DNA of 64,000 nucleotides from positions 42,228,401 to 42,292,400 of the forward strand of contig CM120641.1 in assembly GCA_051362555.1 (NCBI GenBank), in the 5' to 3' direction. The DNA is from Lingula anatina (taxonomy: Eukaryota; Animalia; Brachiopoda). How positions within the stretch are numbered: the stretch's first letter is position 1; each line of letters begins with the position of its first letter. Positions 51,315-63,413 of the stretch are shown here, piece after piece. The notes beneath the pieces were generated by a model. That model saw nothing but the letters and a program-made list of their open reading frames with translations, ran no database searches and had not been told where the DNA came from. The position numbers and the translations under genes are program-made.

Positions 51315-52343
51315 CTTCACCTGTTATGACAAAAAAAAAAAACATAAACGGACTTAAATTTAAACCATTTAACTGTTGCTCGCAGCGCCAGCTCACACTC
51401 TCCAATCTAATGTACAAATCAAGAAGTGAGTATGATGTTTCAGAAAATGCCCATGTTTAATTTAAATACCACAATGAATAGGTTGCCGCTACGTTCGCGG
51501 TTTCACCTGGCTTTTAATAATTAAGAAAAAGTCGTGCGATATTTTGTTGCAGGTCATTATTTTTAGTTGTTTGATGCTTTTTTAATGTTTCAGCCATTTA
51601 AAGAATCTGAAGACGATATGATGACAGGACAGAGGTATTTTTTAGACGAAACTGCACTCTCATAGACAGTAATTTACAACAGTAATTTGTAAAACCTTCG
51701 TTAACAGGCACTGTGAAAAATATACTTGAAGTTGAGGGCAAAATGTGCCAGTAAAATAAGTGTGCATCTAGTAACCCCTTTAGGAAGGTCTAATTTTTTT
51801 AAAGTATGAATAACGTGCGAATATTATCCAAAGTGGTTGTTTTTTTAACCTTCTTTACTGAATACGAAAAATTTCCATACTAGCAAGGAATGAATCGGAA
51901 ATTGCTTGGGTTATAACACAAAAAGATAGATTTATCACTTTTTGTCACAATAGGTTTAGAAAAAGAAGAATTTTCGACCCCCCCCCCCCCCCCCCCCCCC
52001 CCCCATATTACCGTTACTCGGCATTCCCGGTAGAAACACGTTTTATAATAAAACGTCACTGTCAATGTTTAGGTAGTTGTACACCACACCGTTTACTGAT
52101 GTTCCTTACATCACTCCCTTAAATATCTCCCCAATTTCGATTTCAGATAGTTATTCAGTAACGGACAAAACTATATCAAGGTATTCTGATACAGACAAAA
52201 CAATGCTCAATACTTGCCTAGATACAAAATTTCTGAAACTTTAAAACAAGCTGGGTCTCGTAACTCGAAAGCATCGCGTATTGCGACCGAGCGCAAGTGT
52301 CTCAATTCCATAACTCGCTCTTACTCGCCCCATATGGGGGTTA

Positions 52344-52476
52344 CCCTCTACCAGGGTCGCAGTTATTATTATGGACATTTCTTGCTGATGGACATCAGAC
52401 CAAAATGACTGTCTATTTATCTAGAGACATATCTGTGAATATCTGTGAAAAATCAATATATCGCCCTGGTAGAGGG
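52344..52476. mobile_element. 133-bp MITE with 13-bp TIRs and TA flanks; a truncated copy lies at 42511-42558
   Basis: It reads TA|CCCTCTACCAGGG...CCCTGGTAGAGGG|TA. Its first ~50 bp are repeated at 42511. Confidence 0.7.
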
Positions 52477-53103
52477 TATTAAAACGAACAGTGCGACAGA
52501 CATGAATGGAATGAAACGAAAATCGGTTTAATAAATATTTATTTTAAATGTTACAAAAGTAAACACAAATTACAGTAGGCCTACATTTTAAGATGTTCAA
52601 GATCTTAGAATGTCAGTTTCAAACTGCACATGTTATATTCAAGTATGGCCCGAAACTGGGTTGACAAGTAGAACAAACCTTGGTAGTAAGAACTCTTATA
52701 TACATCTGAACGTCTATTTGGATCTTTTCTCTTGTAAAGCTCAGTAATTGACACATCCACGATAGGAGAGGGGGCGTTAATTATACTGCTGGGCCATAGC
52801 ACCCACGCTATACTTCCCCCACAAAAAGGGGGGTGGAGAAAGAGAAAAAAACACCTTCTTAAATGAAGCATCCTCGATACGAGAGGGGCGTTAATTTAAC
52901 TATACTGCCATAGCACCCACGCTAAGGGGGTGGGGGGGGGGGGGGGAGAGGAAAAAAATACCCAATTGACAATCTTTTACAAGTTTCTTCAGTTACGGAT
53001 TATTATCAGTAAATCTTTCAAAATGTTTTATGTATGAAGACACAGGCAAATTTATATCGGTTTTCAAATTATATGAGCAAACTTGGAATATTTTTACATA
53101 TTT

Positions 53104-53256
53104 TCACGTAGAACCGTAAATAAAGAGCAGCGTGCCGCTGGTAGTTGTACCGGGAACCAGTTGGTTGAAGGGCACGCTTTTCACGTAATTTGCAGCTGCT
53201 GCCTGCGCTGAGGCACTGGCGTGCGACGTGGCCGCATGACAAAAGGCTGCCCAACC
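53104..53256 (-). CDS. GH81 last exon (GWAAFCHA...GTLLFIYGST*)
   Basis: It has a TTTTTAG| acceptor and a TGA stop. A candidate AATAAA lies at 52538-52543. Confidence 0.87.
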   Translation of the reverse strand, partial: GWAAFCHAATSHASASAQAAAANYVKSVPFNQLVPGTTTSGTLLFIYGST

Positions 53257-55637
53257 CTAAAAAACACAGGTAATACGAAGTGAGTTTTATATTTGGAATA
53301 TATCTTTCGTGAAAAGCCTGCAATATTGGTCATGTTTCGAACCCATCAGTCAAATTTGGGGAAACGTTGGCCCAGTGTTTTCTTTACTTTTATCATATAC
53401 TTTTATATAGTGACTATATACTTATTGAATAAAACTAAATTATTGGATTTTTTATGTTCATTTACGTTTCATAGGGCCACAAATACTTATAAAAGAAAGA
53501 AAATATTTCAAAAAATGATTAAAATATGTCTTACCTTTACCACAGGGGTTAGCTTAGATTTGTCGACCAGATTGGAGCCTGGGGCGGAGGTTGGATTCAA
53601 AGCCCAACCGCATACCTTGCTCACAGACACAGCCCAGTCCTGAAGACATCATTATAGATAATAATATGTAGCCCCCTAATGCCAATCACAAAGGCAAGAA
53701 AAAAGACTGGGAAGAATGCATTAAGTATGTCAGCCACAGAAATAAATATATTATCAATATATCTTGTGAAATGCTTTGTAGAATAGAGACAAAATCAACT
53801 AGACAAAAGAATCATTTAACTTTGAAGTTGAAACGATTAAAACGACATATAAAGAATTTATCTTTTTTTTTCAGTTTTGTCAGCTGCAAGAAAAAATGAG
53901 GCACCCTCACTTTGTCCATCCAGTATTTGGATACAGCAGTGATTGGAATGGACTGTATGCCAACCAGACACGCGTGTCGCATCGGGAACCAATTTGGGTC
54001 ACATGCCCAATCAAGGGTATACAGGTAAAAGGCACCTTCTCCAATCTGTCCAACAACGCCATAGGTTTGTAAAGTGGGCGGGAAGTGGTGTAAGTTATGG
54101 GGGCGCACTTGCCAATACTCTCGAACTGAGGCAATTTCCTGTGCCAACATAAGGCGACCCATCTGTTCCACGGAGGCCATTTTGGTGCCAAATCCCAGTG
54201 CCGCTAGGCCGTGATAGCAGTTGATCGCCTGGTATAAAAGTCAAATACAGACATGTTCATAAAATATTGCAGCATTCACATATTCAGCCATAAGCACTAC
54301 ATTAAACAACAAAGCAGCATACGAACGTAAGTTGTGTCACATAACACAAAAACCTCTCTAATACTGTTCATTCTCTGCATTTATTGACGATCCCAAATCA
54401 AACGACTAAATTGCTTATACAATGTGATCGGCAACATGGGGAATCTAGGCTTAGCCCTGCTGTAGCTTGAATTGTGTATTCTACAATGTTTTTAATAATA
54501 AGAATATAAATATAATGATAGATGAAAATACAGATGAAAATTCCCAATAATCGAGTAAGAATTGGTAGACAAAGAAATTCCTAAGAAATGAAGTAAATTG
54601 AATCTCAATGTGTGCCTTACCCACGTGCAGGGGAAGGTTAACTAAAAAATCCCGGAACTGCGCCCGATCCCCGAAACTTACCTCAGAAGCGGATTCCTCC
54701 TGCCGTGTCCCTGGACCTACACCAGTTGCCCAGGAGAAACCCATAAATGTGTCTTTGTGCCGTACAATGGGGAAGTGTGTATCTCTATAGCTCGGGTTGC
54801 CAACGTCGCGGGCCAGGAAAAGGATCCTTTCTCGATTGGCTGGAAATTTTATAATGATAATAAGATATTTCCCTAAAAATACCACCCCTTTCAGGGAAAA
54901 GGACTTCATTCTATCCTATTTAAGTTTTTTTCCTGGATGCTAATTTTACATGTAGATTAAACAAATACAGTGGAGTCTTAACTTCGTCAAATAATAAAGA
55001 GTGAAGGAGACAGTGTCATTTGGCCTGCAGTAACTTTAGTTTTTTTTTTTAAATTTATTTACGTGTTGTTTACAGCGGCAGCCTTCTATATTCTGTTAAC
55101 GACAAGCTTTATTTTTATAGTCTAATCAAACAAACACAAGCATCAAATTAAATTATCAGAAGCATCTATATACCAGTAACCAAAAGAGTTGTTCTCATGT
55201 CTCAATAAAAACTATTTCTCTACCTTTGGCCCAAGAGGGATAATACTTAGTGTAATATCCCAAAGCATACATGAAGTACCCGAGGTGAAAGTGGTGATCG
55301 TTGTACGTTGGAAATCCAAAGTCAGCTCCGAGGTTAATAGGCTGTCCATCCGGCACGCCACGCAGCATCAGTCCTCCCCACACAGTGTCGTAGTGAAGTT
55401 TGTTGGAGTTGGCTAGTCCTGCGATCATAACAACAACATGCACAAATAAGTAGATCTCTAAAACATTTAGGGATCGGCCGATGAGGGTGGGTTTGCAGCA
55501 TTTGTGTACATGCAAACACTGTTTACGATACCAATGAAACCATTCACTAAAGTCTACGTCAATATGATGCAGGCAAACCTCTTGCATTCAAAAATACATA
55601 ATGCAATTGGTGTAAATATAACAGACTTCCAGTTCTC

Positions 55638-55685
<48 letters not shown>

Positions 55686-58600
55686 TTGAAAAGAAATCTT
55701 ACTCCCTTAATTCTAAAAACACCCACCGTCCTTTATCCGCAGCCACAATTCCAGACACTCTTCGATTTGGACGTCCAGGCTCTTGTAGTGTGTGGTTCCA
55801 AAAGCCCTTGAAATACTAGCCAGCCGAGCAGCAGCACCAATCGCTTTACCTGCGCCATAACTGTTGGAAGCCTTGCAGACGGGTGTAAGCGGTTGTTGAC
55901 GAACGTCTGAATCCAGTGCTTTCATTACGTCCTTTATATAATGCAGTAATATACAAAAAAATAAAAAGTGACTGGCGACACCTAATTGTACAAAATATTG
56001 AAGAACAATCGTTCTCTAGCTTGTTGGGTAGTTCTAATTGTTTGGACGATTCAACCTGGATTTGGTTAAATGTATTGATGTGTCATTATTGGTTGGCTCG
56101 GACTGGTAAAACACTATGTTAAAACCTCAGTCAAAAAGTGACTGGCGACATCTAATTGTACAAAATATTGAAGAACAATCGTTCTCTAGCTTGTTGGGTA
56201 GTTCTAATTGTTTGGACGATTCAACCTGGATTTGGTTAAATGTATTGATGTGTCATTATTGGTTGGCTCGGACTGGTAAAACACTATGTTAAAACCTCAG
56301 TCAAAAAAGGGACGCACAAATTTTAGGATCGTACGTACGTCCCCTGAGAATTTTGGGTGCAGTAAAGGCCGTGGAGGTCTTAGAGATAGAGGAAAGGGCA
56401 ATGGCCTCACTAGAAAGGCGTAAGAAAATCGTAAGTCTGCCCTGCGCGTCGCAATCGACGATAATTGGAGAAGCGTGAGCCGTTATACCCCTTTTATACC
56501 CCTGGCGTGTGACGCACTCCCGTCGTGCGTTCGATTTTGTTCGTAAGTTGTGAGGGCGTGGGTCGTTCTCAACACGTAAGGGACACCTGCTCTTTCATTG
56601 CTTGCAAGAAGGACTTACGTGGCAGGTGAGATTCTGCACAAAATTTGGACGCAAACAGGGCGTAATAGCCTGCACGGCCGGTTGTGATAGGGGCACGGTT
56701 TACATGTACATTTACACAGAACTGTTTTTATCTTTTGGGGTTCAGGTACTTTAAATTCTATCGGCTTTCATATACGTTATTAGAATATTTAATTAACACT
56801 ATTAGGATGACTGTCAAAATGCATAACAATAAGATATTACGAATGTTAAAAAAATATTTATAAAACTTGTATCTGGATACTGAACCTTTTACCTGATGTT
56901 GTTGGGCATTTTGTTTTATCTTTTGCACAGCAGTCATATCAGGTTCCATACTGCCATCGGGAAGGTCTAACTCCTGCAACCAGCTGTCTGCCGCCAGGGC
57001 CTTGAACCCATATGGGGTACCCGTTATGAACCCGCCTTGCCCCTTCAACAGTTGTTCCTGGAATGAAAGAGCATATGGTAAATAAGCCTAAGAAAAATGC
57101 GGCAGTTACCTGACGCGAATTTCATTGGAATGGAAACCAATTTCGGTATATTATCTCTAATTTGATTTCATTTTTAAACAAAGAAGACGCCTCTTTTGAG
57201 TCTTTTTTCTTTAACTGAGAAGTTGACGTTGATTCAGGCATCTCTTAACAATTGCTTATCGGGTATCATACTGCATTATCTTCAATTTAAAAAGGCAGTA
57301 AAATATGTCAAATTTGAAAATAAAGACGTTCAGGTGAAGGACGTACAATGTCTTTCAAATCCAATGTCACGAATTCTTTTAAATTATTTTGTATTTCAGG
57401 CCTCAAAGCCATTGCTTGAATCAGTTGACTTGCCAGAACAACCTTTATTACAGTGTACACTCACGTGATGCAGCATAACAACCATCAGGAGCTGTCCGCT
57501 GCCAGAGATCCCCTTTACGGTTTGTTTGTTCCAGTCGAAACTGATGTAACCCTTATCTCCCTTCACACAGTATTTGGTCTCGGGTTTGTATGCATAGGTA
57601 CCAGCATACCTGTCAAGAAAATCAGCCACAGCGAGGTTTCCTCTTGGAGAGACCCCGCTATAAGCCAACTGCATTATACCGGTGAATTTGCCTCCGGTGT
57701 GAGGTGAAAAAGTCAGATCGCCGTTGGTTTCTACTTTGGGTGTCATTGCCGTTGAAAAATACAGAACAAATTTGCGTGTCTGTTTCTTTATCCTCCCTCT
57801 TGGTTCATCTACTTCGAGAACGAATTTCGTGGAAGAGGGCAAAGTGTTGCTAGTGTCTCTTCGTCGTCTTTTAGCACTGGTTCCTGAGGACGTGCACGTT
57901 TTCACCTCTGGATGGTTTATCCAATCATTTGGAAGGACGTAATGATATATAACATTCACAGCAAAACTGAATGCACCTGAAATAATGATAATGCTAATGC
58001 TTTATCCCTGATTTTGGCATTTTTCTGACTGATTGTTTTGAACCAATAGCAACATTTTGTCAAACGCCATAACGGAAAATCACACCCTTGATATATAATT
58101 CTTAACGCCTATACCTTATTCTTACAGTAGGACACATACTGTCGATGCGGAGTGATATAACGTCGTTTTCTCGCGCCAGGACGTAACGTCGGGCTCAAAT
58201 TTTGTAAAAATTTTAACTTGGTCGAAGAATAGCTATATACTCTAAATAAATGCACACTTAGCAAGTCTAATACGATATTATGATTGTTGGGTATATAGAC
58301 TTCATATTCATGTATACTTCTATTGAAATTATGTAGTTTAGAGCGAGCTTGCGTTCGTCAAAGTCGCACTGAGCGGTAAAATTTGACCTTGGCAACATCG
58401 TAACTTTGGCCACTATTCCTCAACTAGAGAGTGTGCGGGAAATTCCGGATAAGAGATAACGTATCTTTTAATCAATATTGTATGTATAAAAAATCATTAA
58501 AATCCATCTTTGGAAAAAATTGTTGCAGAATTTTTTGTACCAAAAATCGTGCAAAATCCAGGTTTTTGCGTCATCCATGACCCAAGACGGGCCCAACTCG

Positions 58601-61600
58601 GCGTTTGTTTACATTTGCAGATGTACTTTATTTTGGCGATTATCACCGGTTATTTTGGATATTATTACAGTTTTCAATTGATAGTCAAACAATGCGTGTC
58701 AGTTTTATATCTAACTTGTAAATTTAATATTGTTGCACCTTCTTTTTCTATGCCCTACTACTGGTACATGTACCTTGCATATGTTTCAATGTTACTTATG
58801 AAATTATGTGGGTAATTGAACATTTCTGAGTCCAAAACTTAAGTTTAAAATAAAACAAAGTTGTTTTTCTTTATTTTGCACAGACAAATTCATCGTTTCT
58901 TAAATGAATATTATAAAGGGTTAACAACTGTTTTTATGAGATTCACATTTAAGAATAAATAGTGTAAAGAACCCATAGGAATTAATACAATATATATTCC
59001 ATTTTACCACCAAAATGGTAGTTTTCACAATTATTTTGGAAACTGTTCTTGCCATTTAATCACATGGTGGCTGTACTCTGTAATAATCTTTTGAAATATT
59101 AAAATAAATTAAAAAAATTACAGTACAGACTAATTTTGAATGTCAAAACTGATTCAGTACCCCAGTTACTATTGGTAAGAAGGGGGAAATTGTCATTTAC
59201 TACAGGAGAATCCATTTCGGGCTGATATGAACAGTTACCTCTTTTATATTCAATAAAAAATAGAGGGTAAAAAAACAACAGGATATAATTTTATTTTCAA
59301 AACAATGGTACAAGTATACATGCACAGGAAGTCCATATGCATGGGCGCTAATAAGAATTCACAAAGTGTGTAAAAATGTAAAAAATACATAAATAAAAAT
59401 TTCTAAAATTAATATAAAATTTCCACTTTCATTGCACTAGGTTTAACTTAATGACTCTATCTTTTTTTTTTTTTTTTTTTTTTTGCTGAAGAAATTTTCA
59501 TACATGTTCCATCTTCAAATGCATTATCTCAAAATACATGACCTATCCTTTTAAGACTTAAAATAAGAGAAAAATATGCTGATCACCAAGGACAATTTAT
59601 GTCTTTATTCAAAACAGTTTCATATGCTTGTATTTGATATCTGATATTAAAATATGGGAATACACTGTATGTAACTTGCTTCCTAAAAGGACTCTACCTG
59701 TATTTGTGAACACCAGGCATTATATACTGGATATAAATGGATGTGGACTGTAAATATATTCAAAATACCTCTTTTACTATTCTGACATTTTTTTTCTTTT
59801 TAAATTCTTGTTTGAATTTGAAAAGCAGCCTGGCTCCTGGGAGTCCAATTAGAAAAAATGTGTCCAAAATAACACTTGTTTGCAACACTGCCATCCAATT
59901 ATCTTAAAGAAATACCACCAAAGTCATATTTCTTTTTAAAAATTCAATTTTTTATGTTTCAAAAAATGTAAGTGCTGCCAAAGAATACTTTGATAACCAA
60001 TTTTCACTAAGGGCTTGGTGACAGTTTTTTTTAATATGACTAATAGGAATGCATGATAATGCTGCAGCATATCATTGTGATCACTTTTCAGGGCACTTCA
60101 AAGCCTGGCAGAGATTCTGTAATATCTGAAAAAACTGTTCTTCTTTTATCTGGAAAAGAAAATCAGAATAAATTCAGAATTTACAATTCCATGCAACTAA
60201 AAGTAAAAACAATCTGTTTACACCCCTTTTCAATATATAGGTCAATTTAACATAAAAAAATTGACTACCAATGAGCGAGGGTCGGAAGATATGTCCAAGT
60301 GGTACTTAACTAACACAAGTCTAGGAACTCACACAATAAAATAATAAATACTTTCTTTATCTTTTTTCATACAGAAAACAGAAAATGGATTATATTTTAA
60401 ACCTTTATTACTGTTGATCTTAGAACCATATGACATTCTCCAATAGATCTACTTCATTTTAACTTAAGTAAAAAATCTACAACTTCAACAGTAAGCAAGT
60501 ATGGTGTATAAATGTCTCAACTTTCATTTTCATACCTGTACTAGCAAAGCATTGATTATGAAATTTTCAATGATTTATAAAATAAACCCTACACTTTCAA
60601 ATGGACCTTTATACTAAAAATGAGTGTTAACTGATCATGAAAAAAGCTCATAGTACATAAATACTTCTACCATTCTACATGTATATCCAAACATCTTTTT
60701 CCTTACATCAATGTTAGAAAGTTTTTAAGTTTTTATCAGCCTGAAAAAAAGACAAGGGAAATGTTTAATCTTGCCAAATACTTCCCTGACCTATTGCTAA
60801 TTATTACAAATAAAAGGTGATGTATTCATAATTCAATCAATATATACAACTCTCAAGCACATTATCTATGCTTCACATTGACAGGTGCTCGCAATGCTAC
60901 GTTATACAGCTACAGTACACGTACGTACTAATTAAGGCACATATATGTCGTTATGTAATATTAGTATTCTAAATAACACTAGATCAAAAGTTATTATTAA
61001 ACTGAACTGTAGTCGGAGTTAGATTACTCTGAATGAGCCTGCGTCGGTCACACGGTGCACATTTTAACAACAAATCTACAAGATACAATGTATAACAAAT
61101 GTGTTTGATTATGTACAGTATGTAGTGGAGCGAAACTAGCACATTTCTCGTAATAAAAAACATTTATATATATTTTAAAATCTAAATAATTTGCATACGT
61201 ACCTGATAATGAGTCTCTGACATGCTATAAATATGTGGGTTCCATATTTCAGCAAGGATAAAAATCATAACTTGCCGCACAACCTACTTCACCTGTCCCT
61301 GCCTCGTGGTAAATTGCGGGGTTTCGTTGGAAAGCACCTCAGTTCACCTCTCGTTTAGTGGGCGGGATTTCGGTAAATTTACTAAATTTGTATTAAGTTT
61401 TTGGTCTTTGATAAAAGAAATGTTTATTCTGTTTCTTAAACTTATATTTGACTTAATATGGGTCTATAAAGGTGCATTTAGCACCCAAATCTGCGCGTCA
61501 CATGATTTGTATCACATGACTTTTTTGAACTTCCACAGTTCAAGGTTAAAAAAATACTGTCGTAGCAAGTTATGGAACATCATTGCTTTGCGTGAAAATT

Positions 61601-63413
61601 GAGGTTAGTCACTAACTTTTTTGGATGAATAAACGTAATTTTAAGTTCGGGAAATGAATGAGATGTGCACTCTTATCGGAGGTGCCTCAGGGGAAAAATT
61701 TTGCTCTGTTTTTTCACAACTTTTCGGATTTTCTGTCGAGACTTCTTAACCAGAGAGTGTGCGGGAAATTCCCTTCAAAATCGAAAACCTGGATATATAT
61801 TCGACCATTTTATTAATTTTAAGCCAATTTCGTATTTGGAAACAATTTCCTCGCAATATAGTCCCTCGCTATACAAAAGCATTTTCGGACACGTAAAACT
61901 TTCAGTTTTCTTGATTCGGAGAGAAATAATTGTAACTCTGTACAGTGCATTGACAAAAGCTTACAGTTTTTCAATAGACGGATAACTCTTCGTTTAGTCT
62001 CTAAAATATGGAAAGTCAATTCACTGTAGTTTTTTCGCACAGTTTATTTATTTCAGACGTACGCATTTTTCATCGCGCCGCTTTTTTGACGCTATTTCGT
62101 GACGCGGACGTGCCAAAAAATCCATGACGTTTCAAATCACACCTAAATCCTGACAGTATGTGTCCTACTGCTTACGGTTAAAATAATGATCTGGGGGCAG
62201 AAAGTGCCGTGTCTCTTTTTTAATACCCTCGGTCCGACAGTGCAGGGCTGGGGTTGGGGGGGGGAAGGTGTTTGATGGTTATGTTGTTCTGAGAGTTGTG
62301 GTAGACCTGGTTACATCTCCTAGTTACACACATAACATAAGCAATGTTAAGAAACTGAGGGTCTGTGTAAATGAGAGTCCACCCCACCAAAGATTTGTAC
62401 AGGTTATGGTTAGCGTGACGTTAGTGGACCCAAATTTAGGACGGGACTAAAGTGTATAAATATATTGAAAGCGGACTATCTATCATGGGAGGGGGGAGGG
62501 GGATAGTACATGACGCCAGGTTTATTTACTGGTCGACACTAAAGAACACCAAAGGATACGGCTATTTTTGACATGTATACTCACCATTTGATAAACCAGT
62601 GCGGATAGTGACGGTGCGATTTCCGTTGGCTAAACTGCATGTGGAGCTCCTACAATTCTGCATGTTATGACTGCTTGGCCATTGGCTCGATGGTGCTCCC
62701 GCCCACTGTACAAGAGATACATCTATCGGCTTGGTGGAATGCAACAGTATGACTAATTCTCCTCTGTCACAGGTTCCTTCTAGAAACCCTTCACCACCAT
62801 CGGCGGCTGAGAGGAAGTTTTATACAAGCATTGTATACGTTCGTAGATAAATCTCATGAATTTTTCTTTGCTAAAAATTCTGAAAATTAGTTCCACTAAA
62901 CATGTAGGCTCAACTGCAAGTGTTAAACCAGTTATGTTATTTAGAAATAAAGTTTAAGACCGCTTGTGTGACAACCGATTTTTTCCTGTTAACAGGCCGT
63001 TTGTCGCGAAGACTGTAACATTACTTTCAACGTTTGATATAACAAATGCCAATACAATTATATTACTTAAGTATATAGTGATAATGACATCTGGAAAAAC
63101 CGTTAATGTTAACCAACGGAATAAATCTCAACTTCTTCTTCTTCTCTCAAAAATTGACTTCATACAATAGCTAGCTGTTTGGCATAATAAAACATCTACA
63201 TGGATATTCGAACTTTCAAATACTTTATTTAAAATCAACGTAAAGAAAAAAAAACACATTGTCCAGATAATGCTCACCAGATGGCTCTGTTGGACAAGGT
63301 GGTCTGATTGGCACCTGCTGCCCATTCACGGAGTACAGACAGAACGCTCTTATGTTGGGATTGGCGTTAGTGATGCGATGGGTCATTAAAGGGCTTCCAC
63401 GAACAATGGGTAC
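53104..63413 (-). CDS. Glycoside hydrolase family 81 endo-beta-1,3-glucanase (5'-partial; 10 exons, 722 aa in window)
   Basis: The exons 63278-63413, 62585-62806, 57465-57976, 56893-57057, 55727-55931, 55224-55418, 54682-54839, 53911-54228, 53535-53639 and 53104-53256 all join by GT-AG with consistent phases. GH81 motifs present: PIVRGSP, SYGAGK, YDTVWGG, DFGFPTYNDHHFHLGY, RDVGNP, SWATG, QEESASEAIN, EYW and GIQSIPIT. Confidence 0.93.
53535..53639 (-). CDS. GH81 exon (DWAVSVSKVCGW...PVVK)
   Basis: It has TTCAG| and AAG|GTAAGA boundaries. Confidence 0.85.
53911..54228 (-). CDS. GH81 exon (AINCYHG...GIQSIPITAVSKYWMDK)
   Basis: It has ACCAG| and AAA|GTGAGG boundaries. Confidence 0.93.
54682..54839 (-). 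CDS. GH81 exon with ESASE (catalytic glutamates)
   Basis: It has TTCCAG| and GAG|GTAAGT boundaries. Confidence 0.93.
55224..55418 (-). CDS. GH81 exon with YNDHHFH (catalytic Asp)
   Basis: It has GCAG| and G|GTAGAG boundaries. Confidence 0.93.
55642..55682. repeat. (TA)n microsatellite
   Basis: Read directly from the sequence. Confidence 0.95.
55727..55931 (-). CDS. GH81 exon (DVMKAL...SYGAGKAIGAAARLA...WLRIKD)
   Basis: It has AAAG| and G|GTGGGT boundaries and the YxxGK...ARLA motif. Confidence 0.88.
55963..56307. repeat. 170-bp tandem duplication in a GH81 intron
   Basis: The copies start at 55963 and 56133, with one mismatch seen. Confidence 0.95.
56893..57057 (-). CDS. GH81 exon (EQLLKG...QQHQ)
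   Basis: It has TTCCAG| and CAG|GTAAAA boundaries. Confidence 0.88.
57465..57976 (-). CDS. GH81 exon (GAFSFAV...KRRRRD...LLMVVMLHH)
   Basis: It has TTTCAG| and CAC|GTGAGT boundaries and matches ORF 57396..57959. Confidence 0.9.
58125..62170. mobile_element. 4046-bp non-autonomous TIR DNA transposon with a 4-bp TSD, inside a GH81 intron
   Basis: It has perfect 19-bp TIRs CAGTAGGACACATACTGTC (58125-58143 and 62152-62170) and a CTTA duplication (58121-58124 and 62171-62174). It has no long ORF. Confidence 0.88.
62585..62806 (-). CDS. GH81 exon, symmetric phase 1-1, inserted Cys/Trp-rich module
   Basis: It has CTCAG| and G|GTGAGT boundaries and 222 open nucleotides. Confidence 0.85.
63278..63413 (-). 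CDS. GH81 exon (VPIVRGSPLMTH...CPTEPS)
   Basis: It has TTTCAG| and G|GTGAGC boundaries and the GH81 N-domain PxVRGSP motif. Confidence 0.85.

Noticed and set aside
53069-53323. 84-aa minus-strand ORF as the last GH81 exon
   Set aside because: It is in the wrong frame. The acceptor at 53257 gives GWAAF...GST*, which fits the GH81 C-terminus.
56310-56710. GC/CpG-rich intronic patch, possibly a TE fragment or RNA gene
   Set aside because: No TIR, TSD, tRNA fold or known motif was found.
53104-63413. Fungal or bacterial contamination as the source of GH81
   Set aside because: The gene has nine spliceosomal introns of up to 4.6 kb containing animal-like repeats, and a MITE family is shared between 42511 and 52344 on the same contig.
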